A stretch of DNA of 59,146 nt, the filler included, from Catajapyx aquilonaris (lineage: Eukaryota), in NCBI GenBank assembly GCA_000934665.2. It is 3 parts of 3 records of this genome, joined end to end, with 100 filler letters (N's around TTAATTAATTAA, not from the genome) between each part and the next. Parts side by side here need not be neighbours in the genome. Positions count along the whole stretch, not along the records: positions 19,807 to 39,426 come from JYFJ02006420.1; 2 more parts are not named here. One strand, given 5' to 3'. Below the pieces are notes generated by a model, which was given only the letters and a program-made list of their open reading frames with translations, had not been told where the DNA came from and did not search any database. The stretch's first letter is position 1. Each line of letters starts with the position of its first letter. Position numbers and translations under genes: made by a program. Of this stretch, positions 26,101 to 39,069 are shown piece by piece.

Positions 26101-29100
26101 GCAGCGACTTGGGGCATCGTTTCTCATCATATTGCAGCCATTCGTTGTCTGGACGATCCCCTGGATTTGGCTGAGGGTTCCAGGTATCTCCTGACAAACT
26201 GACTAAATATGGGTCTACTGTCTTCTTTGGATGTGGGCGTTTTAGCTGCCTGAGAATGCCGCCCATCCCATGTGTGGCATTCTGGAATATAGGAAAATGT
26301 AAGGTATGGTTTACCTGACATACACTCGTCTCACCTTTCGGTTTAAGATGCTATCATGAATCAGTGCTCGCAAAATGACACGAACTGCTCCAATCGGAAG
26401 GGGATAGTCTGATCGGAGCAGCATGCACAAAAGGCCATAAGCAATGCTTTCAAAACGCCAGTGCCTGAAATGTGAGAACATGTTGCTATTGCTAACGTCA
26501 TTTCCAAATGTTTCCAATAATTACATATGCAGGTTTTCAACTGATCTACACAAAGAAATGAGCTCATTCTAATCTAAACCCTAGTCCTTTATGCTTGGCT
26601 GGCCAGTAGCATAGCCACTAGACCACTGCGCCCCCGAGTCATTATTTTAGGGCTGTATTTTCAATGTCCTAGCAAATGTCGGTGTTCTGGTCGCAAGTTG
26701 GGTGCTGCTGCTAGAAGTAGCAGGAACACGATTTTGACAGTCTCTCTCGCACCCTACGACCTTCTAGAAAGGGTAAGGCTCCTCCCCCAGTCCTCCTTCT
26801 TTCTGCATTAGTAACACATACACGTGGGACCCATTTTACACCAATTCACTTTACACGTTTTCGAAATTCGCGAATTTCAAGGCCAAATAGCTCAAAAGGT
26901 GGACCTAGCAAAAATTTCAAACTTTGGCCATGGACGTAGTGCTGAGCAAAACCTGTGAATTTCATCTTGGGGTTTGTACTCTTATGACGTCCTGCAGTGA
27001 AACACCCAATTCTCGAAACCAGTAAGGCTGAAGGTCGCGTGTACCCTTCCCTACCAGCCCAAGGGGGAATATGAGTGCAGGACCTGCACGCAACTTTCTC
27101 CCATATTTACGGCTTTATTTACTGGTTTTGGACTTCATTGTGCTCCACGGAAGCCACCATCTGGGAATGGGAGGAGCGGGAAATATTGCCGAAAGGATTC
27201 TGTGCTTTTTAGAGATTTAGGATGATTTGTGAAACGATACTTTCCCAGTCTACTGAAAATATGGAGCTTACCAACGTTTTGACAAATTACGGACAAATGC
27301 GGAATTTGCAATGAATTATGGACTTCTACGTCAAAGACTGACCTAGTTCCAGCCCTTCATATTGCATGATTGAGGGCCCCACTGGGCCCCCATGAGCCAC
27401 GGGCCCCATTGCGGACATGCCCTAGCTACCTCGATAGCTACGGCCCTGCCCTCGCTCCTTCCCATCCCAGCTTACCAGGACGTTGAATATACGGCCCTTA
27501 ATCTACAAGGCTGTGCTAATTTGGCACAACTTGTAGATTAAGTAGGCTTAAGTTTTGGTGACTAAAAAGAAGCATGGTTGCCTTAGCATGTATCATAATT
27601 TGTTTCAAATTTATCATATTGCAACATTCTTGGAACCTGCACCAAGAGCAGTGTCTTGATGGGGTAAATACAATTTTATCGAAAAAGTCAAAAAAACCCA
27701 ACCCCATGGAATGCACTGATTCCTGGGCACCCTATCTGTAGAGTACAGGTATGCACCTGGCCAAGTCATGATGGAGGCAGGGCAAATGCTACCCTAAAGG
27801 CCGGTATCAACGTGCGAGTTTATCGTATGCGAGTCCTCTTACGCGAGAAATCTTGTACGTCGAGACGGACTCTTTGTAGCCTCAGGGCCCCCCTGGTCCC
27901 TCGAAAAGGGGATCAAAGTTGAAAATTTGCAACTTTTCCTCTTTCCTCGGATCCTGGTATGCGCAGTTGGCTCCTCGTATGCGAGATATCTTGTACGTCG
28001 ATACCGGCCTTAACTGCACAATTCACGACTATTATTTGCATCAATGCTAAAGATAGCAAAGGATGTTGAATTTTGGAACGTGACTATATTTTCAAGATAA
28101 TTCTTTTCCACTTCAATGATGATGAGCCTTGGAACTCAACTCGTAGAGAGTGGCCCAAATTGCAATGGTCAACCAGATCTGCTCAAGACTCAGACAGAAC
28201 ATGCTTTCATCCCTTCCACATCAATAACAAAACACCAGGTTTCCTTTAGGCCTCTTTCACATGGGACCACCATGGCAGTACCACCAGGTTTTTACATTTC
28301 TGCAAGTGGAGCCTTTCACACGAGGTGGTGGCCGCGTCCTTGGCAGTGCTGCCCACATGCCGCCAGAAATGCTGGTGGTGGGCAGGCCGATTTTCGGCGC
28401 TGCCGGCTGGCCGCGCCGCCATGTGTTTGCATCTAATATATATAAAGCCCCAATCCGAGGAGGATATAGGATGGAAAAGATTTCGCACTTCCCGGCGTCG
28501 CAGAGACCTTGGACTTACACCGTTGGATTCCTTGCCCCCGGTTTACTATTTCCAAAAGTCCTCATAATCGCGAATTTCCCAGCCGTTTTGGAGATAAAAA
28601 ATTAAGTGTATCTGCAAATACCCCCGGATAGTTGCCCCAGGCGGCCCATAGACGAGCGGTGCGATCGCCTCCACCACCCACAACCTCCCGCTTCCCCTGG
28701 TCCCTCAAATCCTCCTCCCCTACTCAACGCTGCCACTACGTCATCTGTTATTGCGTCATGTTGCCTTTTTCATGATACGTCAGCTAGGGCGCATTCTGAT
28801 ACCCCACACCTTTAGTAGTGATGTCACGGGTGTTCTGTAAACGGATGCCACCTCGCTCCGACCAATTTTTGCGTAAAAAGACTTGCTGTGTTCGCGTCGG
28901 AGTGGGGGAAGTGTGGGGCGGCCGGCTGCACTTGCACCGGGCCTCGGAGAGTTACGGAGACAGAGGAGGACCTGCGCGGGACCGGACCAATTCGCGCTGG
29001 AGGCGCACAAGTGGGGCGCACTCATTGTTGTTGGTTGATTGTTGGTTGATTGGCTGCATTGATTGGCTGGTTGGTGGGTTGGTTGATTGTTGCAGGTGTG

Positions 29101-32100
29101 GTATTTGTCATGCTTCATTGGTGACTCCGTTGTCGACATACTCCAGGTTATTGTTGCCAGCCCTGTAGTGGTGGTCCCGGTATTTGTCATGCTTCTTTGG
29201 TCACTCCGTTGACGATGAACTCCAGGTTATTATTGCCAACTCTCTAGCGGTGCTGGGTAGTCCCGGGCGGGAACGTGTAGCGCCGAAGGCGTGCCAATTG
29301 GGGCANNNNNNNNCCCCCCCCCCCCCCGCCTCGTAAAGCGAGTCGAGTCATATGAAGCCTTTCACATGAGACGTGACTTTCCTTGCAGCCAGCAGTGCCC
29401 CCTAATTTATGTGGTGGCGCTGCCATGGTGGCCTTGTGTGAAAGAGGCCTTACCCCTCCCACAACAATACCAAATGAGCAAGAAAAAATCATTCCTAATA
29501 CTGTCAAGTGGCATAAATTATTAAATCATCTCAAGCTACTGAAACAAACTCACAGTTTTCCAGAGTTGATTGCATCAACTAAGTCCTCTACAAGAGTTTC
29601 AAAAGCTTGAATGTTTTCTTTACCAACATCTTGCAACTTTGCCTTGCCCTGAGCCACTTGCTCTTCAGAGGGGGATAGAAGGACAGGAACATGAGCCAGC
29701 AGCTTTTGGGCCCATTCACTGGTTTCCTCTGGCATCTGAAAATCAATAGCTCAATTGATATGGCATACTGCACCTCCGGACTGGTCAGTCATACCTGCAT
29801 TTCAAGGCTGAATGTATCAAAGCACTTAAAAACTTTTGCACTGATGCTGTCAAGGAGGCTCACAATAGAAGGTTTCTCTGAGTGAGTTGAACGAATCAGT
29901 GCAGGCCACAACTGGCTCAGTGTTTTCCAATTGCGGCGCAATAGGAGGCTCTTGATTCCTTCACCTGTAATAACATACAGGGCTCCCTGTAAAATGCAGA
30001 AAATGAGTTAACTGTGCAAAGGATGAGAATTTATAATCTGCACCTTCAGCTCCTCATGACTGCAAGAAGGATCACAAAGGAAGCGCACAATTCGTGGTAT
30101 CATAGAGAGGTATGAATATGAATACTGGCAAAAGCAACGATGAAGGATCGTTTGGGCACTGGAACGGATCTGGAATGGGAAAAACATCAGCAGCTTGTAC
30201 AAGTGGCTTGCAGACCAACAGCACCTCTGAATAACGGGAAGTGGCGAAATCCAGAAGACAGTCGAGTGTAACCATATGCGTCTTAGTGTACGGGGTGTAA
30301 GTTGTCTCAATCAGGCGGCACTCGTGTTGAATCTGAATGCGGTCCACTAGGACAGCACGGCTGTGCCTCTTATGACGCACCAACCGATTTTCTAGCACAT
30401 GTTTCACCAACTGAAAACTCTTCTTACGTGAATCACAGTCATCTCGAGATGTACCGCCATGAAATAAAACAGCATCATATATCTGTAATGAAGCCATATA
30501 GTCTGGTATCATCAAATCACTGCACTTATTCACTCACATTCAAAATGATGGCCAGAGATTTGGTATCATCCTGGCGATGAAGCAACATTTGCTTCTGTAG
30601 ACGATGCATCAGAAAAAGAATTTCTTGACGAACATTCTCACCAGATGACAAGGTCAGCACGGTCTCATGATGTCGTGTGCAAAGAGGGACGTTGCGATAA
30701 CTTGGAACACAACTGTCCATAATTGCTGAGGGTGGCACCTCCTCTGTCCAAAAGGGCAGTAGAGAACTGCAGCCAATAAAAAACTCCAAGATTATGGTCA
30801 GGCTTTGGCGCAACTTTTCTCGTGTGAGGCACTTGGAAAGCTTTTCCATCTGTATAATGCTTGTTATATGTTCATCAATGCGCTTCATCTCCGGCTCCAA
30901 GTAACGATCAAGGAAGCCCTGGCAACACTTAATTTCCTCATCTGATGGAACAAACCAGTCAATATGCAAGGCATAGAGGTCACCTGATGTTCCCCAGTCC
31001 TGGAAGCAAAAATAAGCTGCTTACTTAGCAGGGTTATTTTTATACAGTACAGTCGAATCCCTCTATAACGAAATTGAAGGGAACCAAATTTTCTTTCACT
31101 ATATGCGAAATTCATTATATAAAAAACGTCTTTAAACCTCACTTTATTCGATGTTTAGGCGTTATATTAAGCCCTGGTAGCGGGAAAAATAGTTAAAGAA
31201 TTCTTCCACGCTAAATTAGATCTCACAAAGCACGGCGCAAAGGCGACAACAATAAGCTACAGCAATTTGGCCGATCAGCTAACCCGGCGCGCCGGCATAA
31301 TATGCCTGCCATAATCTCCCGCAAGTAGTAGACCCAAGTGGGGGGAAAGAGGCAATGGGGGGGAAAGATGATAATGAAAGGTCAGGCTCTTATCTCCGGT
31401 ACTGAATCAACAATCCTCAAGGTTAGGAACCTCCTGTAACCCAAAACAAAAGAACTTGAGATCGTCACGCTTTGTTGTAGAAACTCAGTCTAGTTACAGA
31501 ATATCCAGCACAGATCCAGGATTGATTAACAAATTACTTACGGTACATTACTTGGTGGCAAAGCGAAAAAAATCCGTCACTTTTTTTTGTATCCCAGAGA
31601 ATCCTTTCCCTTCCATTAGGACCCCAAATTATCAACTTTTGGACGGAATGTGTGAAAAAAGGTTGAATCCCAAACACACAGATGGTGATTTATGGCCCAA
31701 TTTGCCAACTTCCGCCCTTTTTTGGCCGAGAGGTGGGACTGGAGGAGCGAAATTTTTTCGTTATATGCGAACCGAAACCGAAAATCCTTTCGTTAAAAGC
31801 GGATATTTTTAACATGGGTTTATATGGGGCCTCTAACAGTCACAAATTTTCTTTCGTTATAAGCGGATTTTCTTTATATCCGGATTTGTTATAGAGGGAT
31901 TCGACTGTATTATAAGCAGTTACCTTCATGTAATCGTACTCTTCAGGGTTACGATCCAAGTCTTCAGCAATGCTCTTATAATCTTTTGGTACTACGCTAC
32001 TCATGCTCTTCATAAAATATCGCAGTATTTTTACTGACATCTTACATCCCTCCAGGGAGGTCAAGTGAAGAGATTTGTCTAACACTTGCTGAATGATGTC

Positions 32101-35100
32101 TTGATATGGAAGCAGACAGGTTCCTGAGCAACGAACCACCTATGCAACATAACATAATTAGTATCCCATATTATGAAATGTTAATTGCAGATATACCTGA
32201 GATAACAACTGCAGGTTAAACAGTAACTCAACATCCGCATTCTCAGCACTTAAATTGTCATCTATTTCACTCAGTGACAAAACTGTGCGACATGCTGGCG
32301 GAAGCAGAACCTTCAATGAGACCTCTGGTCGCACCTGAAATAATTCAGTGTCAGTACTACTAAAGTGTCTGAAGTCATGCACATCTTTAGTAATTAACTG
32401 TGCCCCTACCTTGGTAAAGGCACGGCATAAGTTCGCCATAAATTTCCCCGATACTTTTGTCTCCAGAATTCGACCAGATATAAATGCCTGGACTTTGTCG
32501 AGGGCAGCCTGGTGAAGATGATAATTATTCAATACAAATGATATGAGAGAAGGCCTCACAATACAACTCTGAAGCAAAGGTTTTTGGCTCCCTGCAAATT
32601 CTCCTGAGGGGGAGCATTTAAAAAGTGTGAGTGAAGTTGGAGTGGCACAGCTGAAGCATCGTTGGAATATGTTTTCATTTGGATCTTGAACCATGGAAAT
32701 AATGACACATTAACTTTGGCAGCTTACTTCAAAAGTATCAGGAACCTTGTGGTGCATGTCAAAAAATGTTATCCGGGTCCGTTAAAAACTGCATTGTGTC
32801 TCCCTTAGCAGACATGACTGCTTCAGTGCAGGAAGTCATGGATGCCAGCAGCTATGTTCACACTTCAGGGGCAAATGCTGTCCCAAACCTCTCCGATACA
32901 GCTTTTTTACCCAGATATGCTGAGAAACATTAGTGTTGAATTTTTGAAATAGTTTTGGTTTTATTAGTTCATATTAGTTCCCAAAACACAACAATTTGGA
33001 TAAAACTTTTTTGGAATGCTTGTTTGTGAGAAAATGACTGTTCCATATAATTATTATGGGAGGGTAGGAAAATGCAACGTAACATGGCTATTACAGTTGT
33101 TGATTACATTACTGTGGCAACAATGGCATTCAGCAATATCAATGATGTCATAATATTAACAATGATTGATTGTTGTTGGTTGCATTACCATGGAAACAGG
33201 CCATGCAAAGAATGGGTTGAAATAAACAAAAATCAATTATCGTTGACATGTAACTCAGTTTTAAATCAGGGTCCCCTACATGGTTGCCTCCCCCACCCTA
33301 ACCAGGGTATTGTCTTCACGTAGTCCTTATGCAATCTAGCTCCAATATGGCCGCCCCATGCTGCAGGATAGGGAATTGGCAAGCGATTCGTTTTGTTTTT
33401 TTCAATTGCTTTTTTTTCACTGCATGTAGCTCCTATGTGAATTAGCTCCAATATGGCGGAGAGACAATACCCTGTCTAGGTGGGGTAGGCACTCATGTAG
33501 GTGACCTGTTTTAAATATATGGATTCATTAAAATACAGTTCAACAAAACGAACATTGCCACATGTAGAGAAAGGCTCAATTTCCTGATCTCCGTCTACCA
33601 GATGTACCAAAAGAAGTGTTTGACTCGATTGTGACAATTGAATCCATGAATTTAAGAGTAGGCAAATGCCCATAACCAATATTTTTTTTTACAACAAAAC
33701 AACGAGGAACATTGTAAGTGTGATAGTGACGGTTATTTTTAAGTTTTGAACACCTTTCGTCGCTGGATATAAAGGTGGGCTTCCTCATGGAGTTCTGTAC
33801 TCAAAAAATTCCAAACTTCTCGAACTCGAATCTTCTATAATTCGAGGTTTTTTTCTGGTCCCATGAAGATTCGACTTATAGAAGTTTTACTGTACTACAA
33901 ATGCAAATAAATATATGCCATTTACAACCCCCCACCCACCAAATTCCATTGGCATCTGAGTAACAGTAGAGGCAGTCGAAATTAACAATCAGAAACCCAC
34001 CCCACTCAGACTTGACTCAGTTTCTGTATGGGAGGGTGAGAGGTAAAGACATGGGATGTTGGTTTTCTGAACTTCAGGACCTTTGCAATACTCACTTGGA
34101 ATATTGGAAGAGAAGCTTGCGTTAACATGGTGGATAATGTTGCAGCAATTCCTGCATCCATCAGATTTTCCTCTGAAGAGGGTTTGTCAAAGTAACTCAT
34201 CGATTCGAGCAAAAGACTGCACTCTATCAGTGCAAAAGTCCGATCCAAAAAGCGCAACACAAACTCCTCAAAAACAGAAGTTGATTCGTATGTCGCTCTC
34301 TCACAATCACTAGCAGCTGGGGGAAAAAAAGGAGAAATAAGCAAAAAATTAAAAGCAACGAAGTACTTCCTTACCCTTGTCAGCCAAAATTGAACAATCT
34401 ACAACAGGAACCAAGGAGACTGCAGTAGATATAAAGTGAAATGTGACAATGCACTTGCGCAGATCATTCGGGTCAATCCCTGGCAGGGAAGCCATCAAAA
34501 AAGGAATCAAATTGGAGGGACCTTCAGGAAACAGCCAATTCTCTGTTTCATCCTGCATGATTGCAGTGTGGTTTCGGGGCGGATCTACAACTCCTCCAGT
34601 CAGTATTATTCGCAGGACTGAAACGGTACACTGCATGGCTGAAGTAAGACGATGAGGTTCGGTCACCACATCCAGTGCTGAAAACAAACTGGAAAAAAAA
34701 AGACTTGCATAACTTTAGAAAATGATCGAAAGACAAATATTTGCCCTTTCAGTTTGTACCTTTTCAACATTGGAGGTATGATAAGGCGTGGTCGCAGTAT
34801 AGCCAAGTTGTGTAATGCTAGTGAAGGGTCAGTGGGCCCCAATACAGAAAACATAGCGAACAAAGCCAGGGGCTTCACACTCTCAACGAACCGAGTTATA
34901 TCACTCTCTTTGAGAGGAACTTCATGTAGACGAACATCCCAGGACGGTTTTTTGTAGCGCTCTCTGTAAATAGACAATTATTATTAGTGCCCTGTTGACA
35001 TTATGGAGAAAATACATGTATTTAAATTAATTACTACAGGTGGCACAAAATAATCACAAAATCCTAAACCAGTGTTTCTCTAACTTAATTCTCATTATAT

Positions 35101-37320
35101 ATAACCCAAAGAGTGCCATGAATAACTCTCCATGCTGTATTGCAAGGGTTCTCCTGATTTCCTAAACAGAAGCATCACAAAGTGCTAATGTGTATTGTCA
35201 GGTCTGTACATGATGTGTAATTCGATCAAGTCAGCAAAGTATGTTAGCTGACCTTTGGCTATTCTGACCCCGTCCCCATTTTCAACATTTCACCTACAGA
35301 ACTTTAATTTTCACTGAATATGCCACTTTATATTTAGCTGAATCCCACCCTGCTTATTTCTTAGTAGTTACTCCGTTCATCCGTATTAGCTGCAATTGTT
35401 ATGCTAAATTAAATTTGACACGAAATGGCCCACTGGAACAACTGGTATTGAACCTCATTGATAGAACCCATTTTTTGTAGACCAGAACTCCTTGCAGCCG
35501 GGTCAGCCATATTGGATTTTCCTGACCTGCCCAAGGGCAACAACGGGGAAGATAAGTCTAAACTGCAACAATGGGAGTCTGAGACCTAGTCTCAATCTTG
35601 TTACGAGCAGACAAACAGGACCATTGTGCGCTTCTTGGCAACAACATGCAGCAAAACTAACATTTACATATTGGTTAATTTAGTAATCTTACTTATGCAG
35701 ACGATCCACAAAGGTATGAGTAAGCTTCACAAGGAAATCCTGCAGTTTCTTGTACCAACGGCCATAATTTGCAGGCTGGAAGTATGATTCCAGTGCTGCC
35801 AACATTTTCTCCAAAAAATCCTGGCTGCTGCTGCCATTTCCCTATTGAAAGTCAAACCCATTGTAAAGTAAGCCAAACCTGGGTCCTTTAGAGGGTGCCC
35901 AACAAGTCAGTCCAAATCCTTTCAGTAGACAGCTCATGTACAGTCGCAAGCATCAAGATGTGGACAGTAGAGTAGAGATCTTCCTCTGTCCAGGGGCTCT
36001 TTGCATGACCCTTGCCCTTCACCAACAGAACCAGGCTATGTTTGTTTGTTTGTTTGTTTATTTATTTAACCCCCTGATAGGGCAGAGTCCTTTTAGGGGG
36101 GTGGCATACCACCATCAGTTTTCTTCGATTTTTCTGACTCTTAATTCACACATGGGTGGGGCCAAGGATAGGGATGGAAGGAAGCGACTGTGCCCTATTT
36201 TTATGGAAATGACCCCAGAATTGTCCTGGGGGGACAGTGGGAAACCACGGAAAACCATGGTCAGGGTCGCCGGCTCTGGGATTCGAACCCAGGACCTCCC
36301 GATTAGCAGCCCGACTCCATATCCACTACACCAACCTGCTTCGGTTGAACCAGGCTATGCACACTAGTCTAGGACATGCCGAGCCTACTGTACGCTGATA
36401 GTGTGTAATGGTGAAACTAGCCTCTCCTCGACTAGCAAGGGGAGTTCAACCATCCACATTTTTATGCTTGCAACTGTACATTGCTGAAATTGACAGTCAT
36501 AATCACTCAAACTAGCTGCGTGTGCATTGAGCTCACCAGTCTTTCAATCAGTGTGCCAGTTTCAGACAGGAGCATACATGGGATTTCCATCAGTATAAAT
36601 ATAAGCTGACCTTAGGAACACTACTTAACTGGATTACATATGTACACAGCAATATTGTAGTGAATCTAATGTACAATGTTGCACCTGCACCTCCCCTCCC
36701 ATCACCCCTTAGTCAGTTGTGGTCTCCGAGTTACACAAAAAAGGTGCACTGTATGACTACTATTATTATTATTAATCTAATGTACCGTTAGTGTCTGCTA
36801 CTGTAATGCCATTTTTTCTTTTCATATTAAAATGTTGGTGCAGCTACCTTTGGGGTGGGGGGGGGTGGGGGGGACCTAATGGCTTTGGACTGACAAAAGA
36901 AGTAATATTTGAATTTTCATGGGTCTCACCATGGTGTAAACTATAAAGGTCACAGCTGCATTGAGATCAATGTGATGCGGTTTCACTGAGTTATGGTTCT
37001 TGTATGCAACAGGGAGACCAAATGCACTCAGGAAGAATGAATACATCCTGGGAAAGTATGGCTCCCAATCCACTGCTCCTGGGTTGCAGCTAGCCAGACG
37101 AGCCAGAAGCAGAAAGAATTTGTTCTCCCAGCTTGGAGCATTATGGCAACCTTCCCACAAATTTTGCAGGTCCGGAAGCCACATCTTGAAACCATCAGAA
37201 TGATGGTGGGGCAAAAACAACTCCATGTATTCAACTGCTTCACGCATAGTGGCATCAAAAGGGCACATCAAGGGCCGCCACTCCTCCATCATCTCCTGAG
37301 TTGCATTCTTGGGGAAGTAC
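23197..37320 (-). CDS. PSME4: Proteasome activator complex subunit 4 (PA200/Blm10), 24 exons, 5'-incomplete
   Basis: GT-AG exons in transcript order, all phases consistent: 36930-37320, 35693-35841, 34760-34963, 34375-34688, 34096-34316, 32410-32508, 32197-32334, 31924-32139, 30538-30999, 30225-30482, 30044-30169, 29795-29986, 29554-29735, 26335-26464, 26040-26281, 25787-25982, 25184-25441, 24821-24912, 24498-24751, 24369-24431, 24108-24313, 23821-24051, 23389-23580, 23197-23331 (4951 nt). PA200 motifs: [57 protein letters not shown], and C-terminal [21 protein letters not shown]...SPSYYA* (HbYX). Confidence 0.96.
26570..26637 (-). mobile_element. Degenerate SINE head related to the 3418 family
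   Basis: Reverse complement GGGGGCGCAGTGGTCTAGTGG...ACTGGCCAGCCAAGC matches the 5' part of the 3418 SINE. Confidence 0.5.
27798..28010. mobile_element. PIF/Harbinger-type MITE
   Basis: TAA|AGGCCGGTATC ... GATACCGGCCT|TAA. Confidence 0.8.
28432..28818 (+). mobile_element. Possible non-autonomous Helitron nested in the 28249 element
   Basis: A|TCTAATATATATAAAGC 5' end typical of Helitrons; diverged TTTAGTAG|T 3' end; weak subterminal hairpin. Confidence 0.35.
29100..29264. repeat. Two tandem copies of a ~79-bp unit
   Basis: GGTATTTGTCATGCTTC.TTGGT.ACTCCGTTG..GA...ACTCCAGGTTATT.TTGCCA at 29100 and 29179. Confidence 0.7.
31050..31907. mobile_element. pogo/Tigger-type non-autonomous element in a PSME4 intron
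   Basis: TA|CAGTCGAATCCCTCTATAAC ... GTTATAGAGGGATTCGACTG|TA, perfect 20-bp TIR. Confidence 0.9.
33265..33510. mobile_element. TTAA-flanked MITE (Kolobok-like)
   Basis: TTAA at 33261-33264 and 33511-33514; imperfect ~50-bp inverted arms (CCTACATG..TGCCT.CCCCACC..AGGGTATTGTCT). Confidence 0.55.
36041..36346 (-). mobile_element. Full-length tRNA-derived SINE (same family as 14790) in a PSME4 intron
   Basis: Minus-strand A box TGGTGTAGTGG, B box GGTTCGAATCCC, same body as the 14790 copy, (TAAA/CAAA)n tail, 13-bp TSD GAACCAGGCTATG (36028-36040, 36347-36359). Confidence 0.9.
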
Positions 37321-38147
37321 CTAGAAAACAATTGAAAAGTTGAACCATACACGACAGTCTTTTGGCTGGTGCAACGGAATCCTTGTGTAGGGTGCAACGG
37401 GGTGTTGCTGGAAGTAGTGCATCATCTTTCATCCACGTGAAAGGAGGAGAGATAGAGTCTACGATGGATTCGGGAGACCAGGGCATGATGGCTACAGGGG
37501 CACACTGGCACAGTCAAATTTGTGAAGAGACTATTAGGTTCACAGACCTGATGCTTATGTGGTAGGTGCAGATAGACATGCTGCACATTCCGTGCTATTT
37601 TCATTTCAATCGCAAAAGAGTGTCGGCGGCAGTATCGATTTTTTCGGGTTTTGACCATTTGAGTACATTTCCATTTTTCATTAGTTTTTCTTTTTTCTTC
37701 CAATGCAAGTGTTTGATCATTCGGCCCAATAATGCGTTTGCAAAGCAGAAGATCTGCCTACAAATGACGGCATAAATGGCAATTTAATATTTGTCACTCA
37801 AGAATAGAACTTGAAAGGTAAAAAAATGCCTCTGGGGCGTGATGGCTCATTTTGCTTGGGGCACGTTGGCACATGTTCCTACCAACCTTGGCGGACAATG
37901 GTGACCATGGCGAACATGGCAGCCTCTACTGCCCCTGTCACTTATTAGGCCGGGCCCATGCACTTTCCCCAGTTGCTGGCTACTTGCTCCTTATTAGCTG
38001 GAGGACATGCTATGTTGTCCTGCAGGCAAAAAGTTCTGGATATCTTTGTAACATTTTTGTAATCTCTTGTCACTATATGGATATGAATCGATAATGTGTG
38101 TGCAAGTAATTTTCATATTATTTCATAAGCCCTACCTTAGCCTTATA

Positions 38148-38908
38148 CAGGGTGGGGCAAAAGTCATGGGCGGATTAAAAAGGCGCAGCATGGCGAAAGT
38201 AACGAACAATTATATTAAAAATTACACTACACAGAGAAAGATATGCCATTTATGGATCGAGGTCCGAAAAAGTCACTTTTTGAAAACAACACCGGATAGA
38301 TGTCCACCTTTGCGGGCAACACATTATTCCTCCAAGCGCCAGACAAAACCCTTCATAATGCGCTCCAGCATGTCCAGGGGAATGTTTCTCATGGCGTGTC
38401 TTATCTGATCCTCTTTCTGATCTTATCTGATCAGCCAATGACTGAGGACATGTGGCGAACACCAAACAAATTAAAAGTCAAGTGTTTCCTGGGCGGGTCA
38501 TTTCAAGATTTGGGGACATTTCATGGCAGCCGCGGTCGCCGGATTCGACCACCCCCGACTTCTTCTTATGGGGGTACCTGAAGAGTTTGGTGTTCGCCAC
38601 ATTTGTCCTGTCATTGGCTGATCAGATAAGATCAGATTGAGGATCAGATAAGACACGCCATGAGAAACATTCCCCTGGACATGCTGGAGCGCGTTATGAA
38701 GGGTTTTGTCCAGCGCTTGGAGGAATAATGTGTTGCCCGCAAAGGTGGACATCTATCTGGTGTTGTTTTCAAAAAGTGACTTTTTCGGACCTCGATCCAT
38801 AAATGGCATATCTTTCTCTGTGCAGTGTAATTTTTTTAAAATAGAATTGTTCGTTACTTACGCCATGCTGCGTCTTTTTAATCCGCCCATGACTTTTGCC
38901 CCACCCTG
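38148..38908. mobile_element. 761-bp fold-back derived from a maT/DD37D-type Tc1-mariner element
   Basis: TA|CAGGGTGGGGCAAAAGTC ... GACTTTTGCCCCACCCTG|TA; ~320-bp arms; plus-strand remnant WQPRSPDSTTPDFFLWGYLKSLVF (consensus WPPRSPDLTPLDFFLWGYLK). Confidence 0.9.
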
Positions 38909-39069
38909 TACTACTGTGCCAGCATGCCCCATGCCTTGGGCCATCGTGCCCCGAGCACGGGGCACGATGGCACACGAGCGGAGACTTTGAAGAATTTCTA
39001 GTGGATAGCATATCAAAAATGCAACCATGCGAAAATATCACATATATTCTCAAATGTCTTAAGTATGTA

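Larger units (their letters stand above)
28249..29449. mobile_element. PIF/Harbinger-type non-autonomous element (1.2 kb) with nested insertions
   Basis: TTA|GGCCTCTTTCACA..CCACCATGGCAG ... CTGCCATGGTGGCC..TGTGAAAGAGGCC|TTA. Confidence 0.8.

Noticed and set aside
26648..27450. hAT-like ends (TAGGGCTG...CAGCCCT; CTACGGCCCTG) and a HINE-like interior
   Set aside because: Probably TE debris, but TSDs and boundaries could not be established.
38940..38972. GCCATCGTGCCCCG/CGGGGCACGATGGC hairpin as a terminator
   Set aside because: Eukaryotic intron with no U-tract; the motif recurs near 37858, so it is probably a subterminal repeat of an older transposon.
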